This document shows positions 24,601-39,051 of a stretch of 64,000 nucleotides of DNA, one piece after another (the first letter of the stretch is position 1; the number at the start of each line of letters is the position of its first letter). The notes under the pieces were generated by a model. The model worked only from the letters and a program-made list of their open reading frames with translations. It made no database searches and was not told where the DNA came from. The translations under genes and the position numbers were made by a program. Source of the stretch: Lingula anatina (lineage: Eukaryota; Animalia; Brachiopoda). The stretch spans positions 10,664,001-10,728,000 of the forward strand of contig CM120645.1 in NCBI GenBank assembly GCA_051362555.1, given 5' to 3'.

Positions 24601-27600
24601 TGAGAATGATGCTAACATGAAGCAAAGATTTAAAATACTAAATTAAAACAGAGTGAGAAACACCACATAAAAATGTCAGCAGCCTATGACCCCATTCCCA
24701 GAGATTAGATCGATCCAAACTAGATCGACCTAACTCCCTGGGGGTTCACGCTAAATAGCTGTCAGCCGAGCGAGCACAAAAGTTAATTACCCCCTAACAG
24801 CTTGTAGTAGGCGGGACAGACATTTAAGCCAGATTATCTGACAGTAATCTAGTGAGACTCCCCACGGGGACAGATCGATCTAAATGTCTGGGAATATGCC
24901 CTATGTCATGGTAACTGTAATCCTCAGTCTCACTGCCTAACAATAATTGGAGGCAACATAATAAAGTGTGCTAAGCCAACTTACTGCTTCAAAAATAAAC
25001 AATTTCCTTCCAATAAATGGTTCATTACCAGGCAATTACTCTTTAAAATGACATTTTTGAGTTCCACACAAGCAAGTAGACACTAATTCACACCTTTCAC
25101 CAGTGCGGATCAATACTGAAACAAATTTTTTCTCCGTTTGAAACCAATCTGACTCTTTCCTGGCAATGTTCACCACAAAGTGCATTTCACCCCCACTCCC
25201 CCTTTTACAGAACAAGAGGTAATAATTGGCACAGTCTACAGAGTCTTACCAGTGATGACTTGATTAGGATGACTTGGAGGCAAAATTAGGGCATAGGGAA
25301 ATCAAAGCTGAGGTCCATTCAGACAGGGAATGTGCCAGATTGTAAACCAAATTCCAATATGATGTGATCAGACAAAGAGATGAAGATATTTTGTGGGGCT
25401 TCTTTTTTTTAACTGCTGCAAAGCTGCTATAGGTCATAAAATTGAATCTTATCAAAATTTGAAAATTTCATACGGTAATATGCCAAACAATTCGACCAAG
25501 ATTAATTAATTAATTTCATGGAAATGTCAGTTTGGTCGAATTGATTAAAATACAGCAAATGGAAACCTTTGATATCGTCGGATTGTTAGGGGTATCTGCC
25601 AAAATGTCCATCTTTCCGGAAGTATTGCATTTTACCGGAAGTGTTACGCAAGATAAGCCGCAATTTTCGCCTAACACGTGTTTCAGGCTTGTTTTATCCT
25701 CCTTTTAAAATCTTATTTTGCTGTGTACAATATGTGCTAACATTACTTAACATTAAAAAAGACGACAATAATAATTTCTAATTATATATTTCCCTCACCT
25801 ACGATCATTTTCATGATGCGCTTCAAGAGTGGGACGAGTATTTCCCCAGAGACGGGTGTTGTAAACAAAGGCCGGTCTCTTATATTTGAAACCGGTAGCT
25901 TTAGTAGACTTAAACTAGTTATGTGATCTACGTTCGCCCTATTTGAATTTTAATATGACAACTGAAATCAACCGAATTGAAATTTTTTACCAGTCTGAGA
26001 TCAGTTGTTTTCAACCCGCAAGGCTTGCTCAGCGTCGAGGCGTAGACGTACTTCCGAAGAAAATTCAATCACCCGTATCAAAGAATACCAACTGGCACTC
26101 AAACAGAATTCAGTGTAACTTCAAATTACTTATAAGTATTTTATTTAAAAAGCATGTCATATTAAAACATATTGAGAAAAGGCAAAATACGGAGCCTACC
26201 TGTGCCGATAGACATACAGTAGGCCTATCTTGCTGGCACTCTTCCAATTTTCTTACTTATATACTCCCGCTGTGCACAAACCACGGTGCATATTGAAAAC
26301 CCCACTGATACAACCCGAACGTAAAATAAGCATTTAATTGCCATAATTTTCACAAAACAAGTGCATTTATAATTTGACGCGAGAATTGAGCACATGCAGA
26401 AATGAGACAGGTCTTAACTGGTCTGGTCCAGCATAGCGCAAACCACATGTTAATGAAGACGGTCCCATTTTGGGGGAGGGGGGTCACAGGAATGGAGTTC
26501 TTCGTGGATTACGCTACATATCATCAACATTTCATGCATCTGGGGAAATAAAAAGTGACTCACAGGTAACGTAAATATCCAGTGGAACTCTCTATGAAGC
26601 TCTCATGGAGTTAAGGAAGACGTCATTTTTATTGTTGACAAATCAGTTACCCATGTAGGTGAACAGCTACACGTGTTCGTCAGATTTTGACAGCGCGTGG
26701 TATTTGGCGCCAAGAAGTCTGGGCGGTCAATCCCGCTGATCTTTTGGAAATGACAGGTACGTCATGCTTCCAGATTAGATCTTCAATTAATAGTTTCTTC
26801 CTCATTGACGAGAGCTATTGAAAGGACAACAATTGACAAAGGGCCCGGCATGCAGCATCTATATGACTGGCTTGAAAATTTACCGAGTCTTGCCGACGAT
26901 GTGGTCGAACAATCGGAACAAGAAAAAAATTCTGTCGCATGATTTTGACGTATGGACTAAATGTTTGAGCCCAGAAAAATTAATTTTATAAAATAATTTT
27001 TATGGTCGGATTGACTGGGCCCGTCGAAATGCTTGGCACATTACCGTAAACCTAATGTATTTATGCCAGGGGTTCTTTTGGGTCTGAACCTTCAAGCTTG
27101 TTCTCAGGCAACAATCACAACAGCTGACTTACTAGTCCCTGGATCAAACATGGCCAACCCACCTGAATGCTTGTTGCATAATCTGCACGGGGTATCTATT
27201 TAGTGTCTATTAGGGGATTAGACATCAAGCTTTTAAGTGGGTTGCCATATCTGACCTGTGGAATAGTTAGTCCGCTGGGCTGGATGCAGCCTAATACCAC
27301 GTGATTTAAAAAACTAACTCATTTGGTGTTCCTTTAAAACATGGTCTACTTGCAACTTCAAATGACACACTTAACCCGTTTTCGGTCTAAGTTATCCCTG
27401 TGTGAACAGTCTCCCTAATTCAGGTACTTCTTCATGAACTTCCTCCACCCCACATCTCAATCAGCCCTATAACTATTCATGCCCACAGTTTGGAATTTCT
27501 CCCAGGAGACAATCCAAAGGCGTACAACAGAATCCAAAATTAGCTCATACCCAGCAATCCCAGTCCCCCTGAGATGTCAGAACCACTTTCATCATGGAGA

Positions 27601-29986
27601 TTTGGTTATGTGTAATTGATGGAACTACAAAATGTTACATCATGTATACTCAAACAAGAAAAACTGGTTTCTTTGAAAAAGCAGACATGCTGAAAAGTTT
27701 TTAAGGAAGAGACTGACATTCAGATGGTCCGTTATGAAAAATTTGCCAGACTGAAGGACATTTTGCCAGACTGCCTATTAAATAAATTCAAAATTGCTGG
27801 GTGTCTCTTGAACTGACTGAATACAGTTTTCTACAATTCATTAAAAAATTTATTGGTCACTGACTGGCAATTTAGGTGTGTTGTTGACTATTGTGTGGTG
27901 AATGATGTCGAACAGAATTCATCAGAACTGGTTTAATTTCTGCCTGTGGGAAAGGGCCTTAAAAGTATAGATTATCAAAAAAGCAATAATATTCTGTCCT
28001 AAGCAAATGGTTGAGTCCCAAGATAAGTGCTATTCAAATGTCATTAGTTTTGGTCTCCAGGGTATAAGGCACATTTACAGTTTAATGTCTAAAATCTTCT
28101 ACAGAACATCAAACTGAGGTATTTCATAAAACAGACCCCTAAAGGAGGTAAAATCATGCATATATTCTAAAATCTCATACCCAATGTATATGAACATGGT
28201 TTTTCTGGAGAAACCAAACCCCATTGCCAAGAAGGTAATAATGGCAACTGTTCTGGAAAATGCTTGGGGTAATGCAATCCACTTGACCTTTACTGGTGGT
28301 GACAAAGGTGATTTTACAAACAAACATAACTGTAAGGAACATCGTTTTCGCCATACATTTTTCAAAATTACACAATATAATTTTTTTTACTTAATTGTGC
28401 CATGCAAAAAAAAAAGAGGAATCCAAAATAGGAAGTCAAAATAAATTTTGGTGCTTCAGTAAATTGATAGTACCCTGACCCAGTGAACTTACAGATGAAT
28501 CGTGTTATTAATCACAGTTATTACTTTGACTAGCATTTCCACATGTGACGCTTTACTAAATTTTTTAATTTCCTGCTCTCATTTATCTCCGAAATACATG
28601 TTTGTATCCGTGTTTATCTTCAGCAGTACTGAGAAAAGATCATAGCATGATACAAAACAGATTGTTCAAACCTGTGATCTAAATATATACCTGTGATCTA
28701 AATATAAATATATATATATATATATTCTCATATGCAGCTCTAAATTCTCACCACAACTTGATTAATTTAAAATATAAATTACACTCGATAAAAAAGCCAC
28801 GTAACCTATTAAAGCATTGAGGCACCAAGAGACCTCGCCAAGGTTGTCCAATTTGTTTTTGTATAATAACTTCTAAATTTCCTTTGCTAAACATACTTCC
28901 ATGGGAAGATGCAATCATCAATAAATAATATTGATAAATTTGTCTTAAAAGGCGAGCAGCCTCCCTGGCTAAAGCATTGCATTGTACCACACCAGCTGCC
29001 ACTTAACTGCTCCTCTTGTGGCTTAATGAGCTACGCAGCTAATAAAACTGTTCACTTCCTGGCCTGCAGTGCCTGGTGGGTTTCTTTGAATGGGGCATTG
29101 ATTTTGTGCGTAATCTTATGCTTGAAGGGCTGTGTGTTAACGATTCATACAGTTGAATATGAATACAATTTACACGACTGCTTTCCTGATCTTCCCTCAC
29201 TCAAAAACTCAAAACGAGCTTTTGTTATCATCATATATAATGTCAACAATTGCACACAAGGACAGGACAATTCAATGAACCACGACACACTACTGACCCA
29301 GCGAAAAACAATGGAGTTGAACATCTTCTGACCTCGATTATATAGACTCACCAGAACCATTTACTGTCAATGAATCCCGCATTTCTGCTGCACGCAAATC
29401 CATAAATAATTGGCACTGGGATTACTTCCACAAAACATTAGATCCGTGCATAATGTTATCAGTTTGTTTAAATATTGATCACCAAAGCATTTACTATCCC
29501 ATCCACGTATATTATGGCAATCGACAATTTCTAGGACGTGCGTGTGTAGAGAAGCACTCACAGCGTATAAAAGATCACGTTCAGGAAACGGCTGAGATAT
29601 TGTTTGTAAGAAAGCAGCTGCACGGTGACTGCATGACTGGGACCCAGACACGGATATGAATAACACTTTTATTTAAAACTTCAAGTTGATTGTATATTCA
29701 GTTGGGGATATTTACTGGGAGACTAACAGTTTCGTTCTTGGTCTATCTGTACATACCGAAGAGTCAATGCCACTGGCTGTTTTATGTAAAGAAGTGACAA
29801 TTTTCACACGATCATTTCATTTGATGAGGAAACAGGTTTTTTAAGTTTTCATCAGAGGAATCCGTCTGTTGTGTTACTACCAAACTGAAATAACAGTATT
29901 CTTAAACAGCAGATCTATATTATGAACAGTCACGGTGGTTCAAAATTAAGGTAATGATTATCATATTCGCTTGTGGTATATTCTCC

Positions 29987-30030
<44 letters not shown>

Positions 30031-33000
30031 CTGCATGCATGCTTTTTTGGGTGCACATGTGTTACACCCCATTTCCATAGATTAGATCGACCTACTTTAG
30101 ATCGACCTAACTCCCTGGGGGTTCACGCTTAATAGCTGTCAGCCGGGCGGACACGAAAGTTAATTATCCCCTTACAGCTTGTAGTAGGCGGGACGGACAT
30201 TTAAGTCGGATTATCTGAAAGTATTCTAGTGAGACTCCCCGCGGGGATAGATCGATCTAAAATCTATGGGAATAGAGCCTTAGTGTACCATTCAGCAAAC
30301 AGCTTATTATTCTTTAAATTTGTCGCTACATAGATCACCTCACAGATGTACTCAGTACATTCACAAGATACTGTGGCATCTGGTCGACATACTCTAGCTA
30401 AGGTAAATGTCAAAAGAGACTTCAGGAAATAGTGGAGGTTTATGACAGCCAGCGAGGAAAATAATCCACCTTCAAAATGGTATTAAACCAAAGTTTCAAA
30501 TGATGATTGATGAAAATATGATGCGTCTTTAATTAAAAGAAAATGAAGCAGAAAATGAAGATAAAAGTACTTTCCCTACCAATAATATGAGACGAGAAAT
30601 TGAAAAGAAAATAAATGAATTGTGATGATTTCTTTTCCTTTAAGAAATATAAGAAAAGACATTGATAAGAAATTTGGCATACTCAAATAAGATGGTTGGA
30701 AGTGACTATTTCAATAAACCCATAATCATATACTAGTAGCAAAGCAACAAAATTCTCAGAAAGATTCTCTAATTAAGAAATCATAATTAAAGTCAAGATA
30801 AAAATCTAATCATGAGCAGATGGCGCCCTGGTAGGGGTCAGGTCAAGAGGTCAACTCTGACTGACCTGTCACCCAACTTATTTGTTATTCTGCAGATAAA
30901 GAAGGCAAGTTAACTGACTGTGTCACACTGTCTGATAGGAAAATTTTGTCATTTTTATTCCAGCCATGCTGGTACCCTTATCCATACAGGTGGATGAAAA
31001 TGGAGCAACCATTTGGCATGTGATAATTATAGTTGTCATTTCTACAGATGAGTTATTTTTTCTCTCGAAGATGTTTTGTGTGCTCCATTTTAATCCAAAT
31101 AAACATGCTGCTTTCGTATATTTTTAAGTGAGAGATCAATACAAAGAATGTGCCATTGATTGATTGAAATGATGGTGAATCTTGAATCAAAATATTTGTG
31201 CATGCAGCATGTTGTGGTATGTAAGGCCAATGTCATGTGAATTGATTTATAAATGGTGTAAAATGGAGCAAGACATCAAGAAAAAAATCATGAACTTCCA
31301 ATTTTCTGTTACAGTTACTTGCTGCATGACTTGTCCAACATTCACTACATTCAGTCCCCCACCAACCTGACAACTAACTCAAGGTAAATCAGTAATAATC
31401 CTGGACCATTTAAACTCACATATTGATTTGGCCTGTTTTACATAAAAAAAGTAAGAAATGACTTAAAGGGATAATAACTCTTCGTATGAAATCTGTATTT
31501 CACAATAAAAACATTGTGAGTGACTCATAAAAATATAAGATATTCTGTTTTCCCACAAAAACGGCTGTTATAGCTATTATTCTGATATCTGAGCTTGTCT
31601 TTAGACCACGTGACCTCCATTGATGGCTATACTCTGTTAAAATCTCTTAAGAGATTTTAACAAAAAACCAAACTTTTTAGAAAAAAACCAGGGACTACCT
31701 TTGAATGTAAAAATGGATTCATTAACCATTGGTAAGTATGGGAAAATTGTTGTTTACTCCAGGAAAATTCATTTTTTTGCCGAAACGAAGAGTTATTATC
31801 ACTTTAAGTTTTAAACAAACAGTTTATTCAGATAATAAACAGTGTGCTAATTAAAGTGAATTTTTACTGATTTACATTGAGTAAGTTCATGTTTTATATA
31901 AAAAAAAATTTTTTTAATATAAAAAAAGATAAAGCTTTCAAAAAACAGTCACTTCAATAATTTAGATAACAACTAGTCTAATACTTAACGGCAGTCAACC
32001 ATTTTGGGTATCAAAGTGAAGACTAACCAGACCTCAGTTCTTTCTGTAGGGAAGGTTCCTGCTGAGAGGCAGGTGGCTTTACCTTGTGCCTTTCATTCCT
32101 ATTTCATGACTCAATGGTCACTCAATGGAGTGGATAGTAATTCAAGTTGACCAGGGGTTATAGGGAAACAGATGGGATTATGCCTATGACGTCTTGACTT
32201 CTTGGATATTGAATTATTAGCTTTGTGCAGAGCAGTCGACCACGAGATTTGTAGCCTATGATTTTTCATGAAATAATTATTATATCAATATTAGATTGCC
32301 TTAAGACACTGAGATATTCATCATCATCTTTTTATTTATTTAATAGTATTCATTCGTATCAAGGAAGTGTGCTTGTGTATCTGCAGAATAATACTTCTAA
32401 AGTATTATATATCAGTATTTAAAAAAAATACAGATATTAGTGCATTATTTCATGTTTGTGGGTCAAAAAATACAATTGCATGAAAGGACCAAGAAAACAT
32501 TTCTCATTTGAGCTTTTTAATATTTGTCATTTAAACACTCAGTGACATATTTAATCTATTATTAACTACTGTTAACTTATTACTATCTACACAGTCTGAA
32601 CATAAACATTTCACTAAACTGATCATTTGCTGGCAAAGAATAAAATAATATTTTTTTTATTATTATTTTTGACATAACACTTAATCATACTTAACCCAGG
32701 GGTAATGTTTCCTTCTATGTGTAACTATACAATTATAATCTATTAATATGGAAAATGATACGGTTTGTGTTCTGTTCATTGTCAGAATAACATTACAACT
32801 GTTACAATAAATAATTGACAGAAATATTTGCAGTATGGGCCCACCTGACACAGAGAGATATGATGAAGTTAACAAGTGCATATATTTTACATATAATTTA
32901 TATGCCAAACAGCTTGATAGGAACATCTGAATCAGAATCACTTAACAGCAGATATAAGTGTACAGAAACCAAACCTTGTAGTTAAATTCCTAGAAAAATG

Positions 33001-34328
33001 TATCCATATACTAGCATATATGTATTCATTTCATTCCTTTTACTACAAGTTGTAAAGAAACAGACCAAGACCATGCAATGCAGTCAAACCTCCAGAAACT
33101 TCTTCATTCTTGTCAGAGTTCTACTACATAATGTACAAGGACAAGTGCAGATGTCAGATAGCACTCAAAGACCATGCAAACCCAGAATCACATTACCACA
33201 ATCACTGGTGTACAGACAAGTACACCGACCCTAGCTGGAAGTTTACATAATACCAACACAATATTCTGTGTAGCAGCTATGTAACAGGACAAGAGTAGGT
33301 GTCAGGTAACAAATGGACGTCAGGTAATCCTGATCAGGTTTAGCGTCTACCCTTTCTATCTCGGATGCTTTAACTGTCCCAGTCTTTTGTAAGTCTACCT
33401 GCCTCGATCCAGGGGGCCAACACATCATTAACAGAAAGTTATTATCTTGTCTCTATTATGAGGGGTGCTGTGAGGGGGTGTTGGTAGGTATCCCTGAAAC
33501 TGGTCAGATTTTAAAGTACTTCTGATTCAAGATTCAGTGTTGCTTCAAAGTGCAGAAGTCCAACAAGTTCACTGGTGACTACTGATTCACTGAAAAAGGG
33601 GGTGCAGCATTTCAATCTAGAGCAACTTCTAAAAATATTGCCATCTTAATAAAATCTAAACAAAATATTTATCTTCTTTTCCTATGTAGAGGGGGAGGGG
33701 TGATTGAGAAAAAAAAATAATAATAAGCTGGCTGCCAATCTAGGACTGATCCATACAGAACTGAGTCCAAGTTAAGATAACTCCAGTAGTAAACTAAGTA
33801 GTAATTTATCCCGTCCAGTCCATGATTGCCCCCTAAGTGTGCCCCTTAACCTGCACACCTGCCCCTCCATTAAGTGGATAAATGGATCACAGGTAATTTA
33901 AAGGTGTATTAGTCCCCAGGGACTTTAGGGCACTGTGTCCAGTCTGTGCAGGGCAGAGAGAAAGTTCCCCTTCCTACCGGCTCTCAGCTTTTTGAAGTGT
34001 TTGTGCAAGTAGAATGCTAGTACATGTACTTGTTCAACTGGTGCATGTATGTAGAAATAATACCCACATGATCCTCTGTAGAAATGAATTGAAATGCTGC
34101 AGGCAGCTGTCTGAGATAAGTCAGTTAAATGAGGGTATTTAACCAAATTGAAGAGAAAAGCCAAGCAAAATGAGCCAAATGTAGTGCTCAAGTTCTCAAC
34201 TGAGCCAGTTACACTGCCGTCTTCCAATAACCCCAAATCTTTCCCTTTCCAAGAGTTTCACTGTGAAGATGATAACACCTTACTGTGACAAAATGTATCC
34301 TGATCTGAAGAAAATACAGTGTTACTTC

Positions 34329-34393
<65 letters not shown>

Positions 34394-34492
34394 ACACACA
34401 CACACACACACACACACATTTGATCATGAAGATGATTGCATCTTTCTGTAGCAAAACTTATCTTGATTTGAACAAAATAAAATATCATTCTG

Positions 34493-34534
<42 letters not shown>

Positions 34535-34535
34535 C

Positions 34536-34566
<31 letters not shown>

Positions 34567-37500
34567 ACATTTGACCATGAAGATGATCACACCTAGCCAT
34601 GGAAACCTAACCTCTCCTGACTTGAGCCAGATTAGGCTCACTTCCACTCCCCATCCATCCTTTGTTCTTCCACAATGCTAGGGCAGGTGACCAGACCCCG
34701 CCAACATCAACCCTGTGATCACCCCGAGATTCAGCTGCTAATTTACTCATAATGAGAAGAGGATAATGAGGAGATGATTACAATGCCCTCGGGGTGGGCA
34801 GTTGGGCCTGGGCTGGGGCTGAGTACACTGTTAGTTAACCTGCCTAGGCAGATGTACAGCTCGACACCTTCGTTAGCTACCATGGTCCCCAGAATTATTA
34901 TAATAATTTAATTCTATTATCTGTCAGTGACTTATATACAAATTTATTGTGCAGGGTTTGTGAGGAAGCCACAGTCTTATATTTGATACTATGTACTAGT
35001 AATATAGATGATGTAATAAAGTACCGCTGCATATCTTTTGAAGTTATGGAATCACAGGCTAAAATGTCAGAACGGAACTTTGGAACATTTTTCCATAAAT
35101 TTTTTAATACATTAGATTAAGACTTTCTAAAAAGTTTTAATAATTCTCAAAGCAAGGTATAAATATGAGGCAAAACATCTACAGTTTCAATCGGATTTTT
35201 AGAATGTGAAATTTAGGCTTACACGCAATACTATAGAAACTTTAGAAAAGAAAAACAAGTCATTATCCACAGAAATAAGAAGTGAAAATATAATACAAAA
35301 AAAAATATCAGTAAAAAATCATCAAAAAAATTACTTATTTCCAGCCAAACAGAGCACACCTGCCAGTGAAGTTCAGTGTGTAAAATTGTACAGAAATGCC
35401 CATAAAATACCACATAAAATAGATCAAAAGGCACAAAAACATGCAGCACCTGTTCAAACCCCTATGAGACAGTGTTATTCACACCAAAACAGAGATGATA
35501 AAAAGCAACATCTTAACTTTGTTTCTTTATGTAATAATTATAATAATAAAAAGGCCATGCATAGCCATAAACTCTCATTCAAATTTAGTTACAAAATAAA
35601 ATTACTAAAGAAAAACATGCCACAAGAAATGGTTTATCTATGACCAAAATCTCCTCCTATAGTACAAAACATACAGGAAAGCAAATGCATTTTTTATTCC
35701 TTTATTCTCAACCGAAGCAAATAAAATCAGACACAGAGGACCCGGCGTAATTCTAGCCTCGGCAACAGGGGGCCACATGTGGGTCCACACACCACACGCA
35801 CCCACACACGCCAGTCACAAGCTGGTCTCATTCACATGATTTATGCATCGGCGCCTCACGACAAGGGACCCACATCTCAGCTGGGCTAAAGACTCCGGCT
35901 TAGTCGTCGGCTAAATAACACAGCAACGCGCTTCCGCCAGCTCTTGTGTAAGGGATAATGTACCTTAACGAAACTATATATTTTGTAGCTGCTGGTAGTT
36001 TACGCTTCTTTGCTTATTAGGCTTGGGAGAGGTGACAACCACCAGTCTGAGAGAAGAAGAGAAAGAGGGAGAGAGAAGTCAGAACTAGTAAGAGGAGAAT
36101 GACAGCAGCTGTCAGGATCTCTGCAGATAATATCTATATTCACTTTTAACATTTTTTTTTTTTTTAAATAAAACTGGTGTTTATAAGAAGAAAAGCCACT
36201 CACTGTGAAGAGAAAGGAACCATTGCGGACGAGTGCAATAGCTTTTTACAGGACATTTCTCTAAGTGCAAAACTTTCTGTTGCAATTCACTTTGAAGAGA
36301 CTCAAGTCCATACCTGGGTAACTATAATCCACGCAGAGAAGGACAGATTCTGCAGGTAGGGAAAAAAAACTTCATTCTTTGATTAAAAAAAATTATCAGC
36401 CACACTTTGTTTTATCTTATAGGAAAGCATTCATTCTCCGAGTCAGTTGCGTGCATGTACATTTTTACAGCAGATTTTCTGGGAGGTTAAATCAATAACA
36501 GCAGACGTACATCCCATAATACAACAATTCCCTGCATGCAATTTCATTAAGAAAGACATCAAAGTGCATGAAATCTGTCATAATTATCACGTAAGGCTGG
36601 CACCATAGACAAATCAATCAATCAAAAACCTCTATCCTAATACTGTTACACCTACAAAACTCCTCAATAAGCATGAATAGTGACTGCATACATCAATTCA
36701 AAAATCAAACCACGCAAGGCCAAAACACCACAGTTCAAACCATGCCTTGGGTAATTTTTTTTACCTAAATCGTATCTTTCTAAATGGAAGACATCCATGC
36801 ATAAAGACACATGTTGGTTAAAACGTAAAATCCTGTCATCTCTTTATCATACAAACCAGACGCAAATGCGTGCATGGTTCTGCTATCTCTTTTTTCTTTA
36901 TTCCACATTGGGTTGCTAATCAGGGGCAGGGAGGCGGAATTCTAATCAATATCCACACTATGATGACACGAGATTGAATAAAATCTACATCTTTCTCTAC
37001 GATGACTTGATAATGTCAGCACAGTCTGGAGACAGACTCGAGATTTGGCAGTAATAGGAAGGGTTCTGTTGGAAGGTAAAAAAAAAAACATCCAGATTAC
37101 ATACTAAGAGCTTTGAGAGCACAGCTCTTGTTTCATCTTGTAACAACATCATATTCTGTGAACATGTATATTATAGAAAGTGTATATAGTCAGTACTATA
37201 AGTGAGGCAATCTGGAGGCCCACAACTGTCAATTTAATAGTTTGAGTTGGGTGGGGGGTATTTTTTTGAAAAAGTTTATCATTTTACTCCCATGATTGAG
37301 CCAACTTGTGAAATCGAAGAGAACCCATCTACAGATCAAATTTTGATTCAGGGTGCACCCTTTTTTCAGCCAAAAGCTTCTTTGTCCTCCTCTCTCCACC
37401 CCCACCCCCCTTATGGGCCAGATTTCGGTAAATAGGAGTCTAAACTGGAAACCCTCCTCCATTCACAGGGTGTACAGGAGAGGAGATGATCACCAATAGT

Positions 37501-39012
37501 TCTGTGACATTCAGGGTGCCTGGACTATGACAATTAGTTCAAATATGACTGTCCTCTGTCAACAAACAAACAGCGAAAAAAAAAAAACTTACAGTTTCAG
37601 GGCCAAATTTTCCAGATATTCAGGCTACTCATCTTTTACTCCCAGTGCTTTATCTGGAAAACTTGTACTGAGAAAAAAGACAAATTACCACAGCTGATGG
37701 GTTTCCGATAACAAAAACACATTATGTCCATTATCATTAACCATTGAGAAGCCTCAATGGCATTGGAAAAACATGAAAGTTAGCTCTTGTGAAAAATGAT
37801 ACAAAAATGCCCATTATTGTTAGAAATTGTACTCTCTAAAGGTGTGCATATACAGTCCTATTGTGACAGTTCAACTTAGTTCCATACTATTTCCAAGTGA
37901 CTACCATTATTTACCATGGATCCCAACTAGTTTTAGGCATACTGGGCATCACAACTTAATTAAAATGAAAGAACGCGGGGCAACAGAGTGATTAGAATTA
38001 CACCCTGTGTTAAGAAATTGTACAGTTACACTCTACTAAGATAGTGAATGGCAAGTTAACCCAGCACAAATGTACTTTTGATGTGCCTTAAGCTGATTAT
38101 TAGATCAAATCCTAGAAAATGTCAATGTGGGTGATTGCAAATTGTGTTCATGTATGTGTTCTGAGACTAATGATCAGGAGAAACCCCACTTCAGAAAGAA
38201 AACGAAGACTGGAAAACAAAGATGTTTGTAAAAGTCATTTATGTAAAGACTGACTAACTGTAAATTGAACTGTAAATCTCTAGACAAGTCATCAAGAGGG
38301 AAAAGCTAAAATGTGGAATGAGTACAAAAAAAGTGAATGTAGTTGTTGATGAACAGCTAGCCTAATGAAAGCATCGTTTATTCCCACATCTTTTGCAATC
38401 TGGACAATCCCTGAAAGACATCATCATCATTACAACTAGAAGCCATCATTCTAAGCTAATGGAAAAAATTACTGAATATCAGCAAAAAGTCTCATTTCCG
38501 ATTTTTCTCAGTTCTTTTTTTTTTTTTTTCTGTCATATTGGTAGCTTGAAAGAATACCTACATGGTATTAGAACAAGGAACTGTTAAAGGAAATAATAAG
38601 TTTAAGATTTTTTTTCCAAGTCAGACTTAGTCTGAAAGAAATCAATACAGTAAAATCTTGACTCAAATTTTTTTCCCATTCATGCCAACTTCATCATTTT
38701 CATTTTTCAAGATGCAGGATCCAGAGATGTTCCAAATGTCTCTAAGGACAAACTAAATGCATTACCTCTTACCATTATATAATATCCATGCTTTTAATGT
38801 TTTTCTTCTTTTTTGTGACTAAGAAACTTAATATTTCACACATGGCACATTTTAGTATCATGATTTAATCGATAGCAAAAATACATAGTTTTATTTTGAT
38901 ACAAAATAAAATACTTTCATGCAGTGTGTGCTATGGCATATACAAATGCAAATGCACATGTATAATTATGCACAAACCAACACAGATGCATAAACACTCG
39001 AGCACAAGCAAT

Positions 39013-39051
<39 letters not shown>

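Noticed and set aside
33243-33428. ORF MMCWPPGSRQ... resembling the IMMP2L WPP motif
   Set aside because: The true last exon is at 15466-15651; this ORF is out of order and lacks the rest of the motif.
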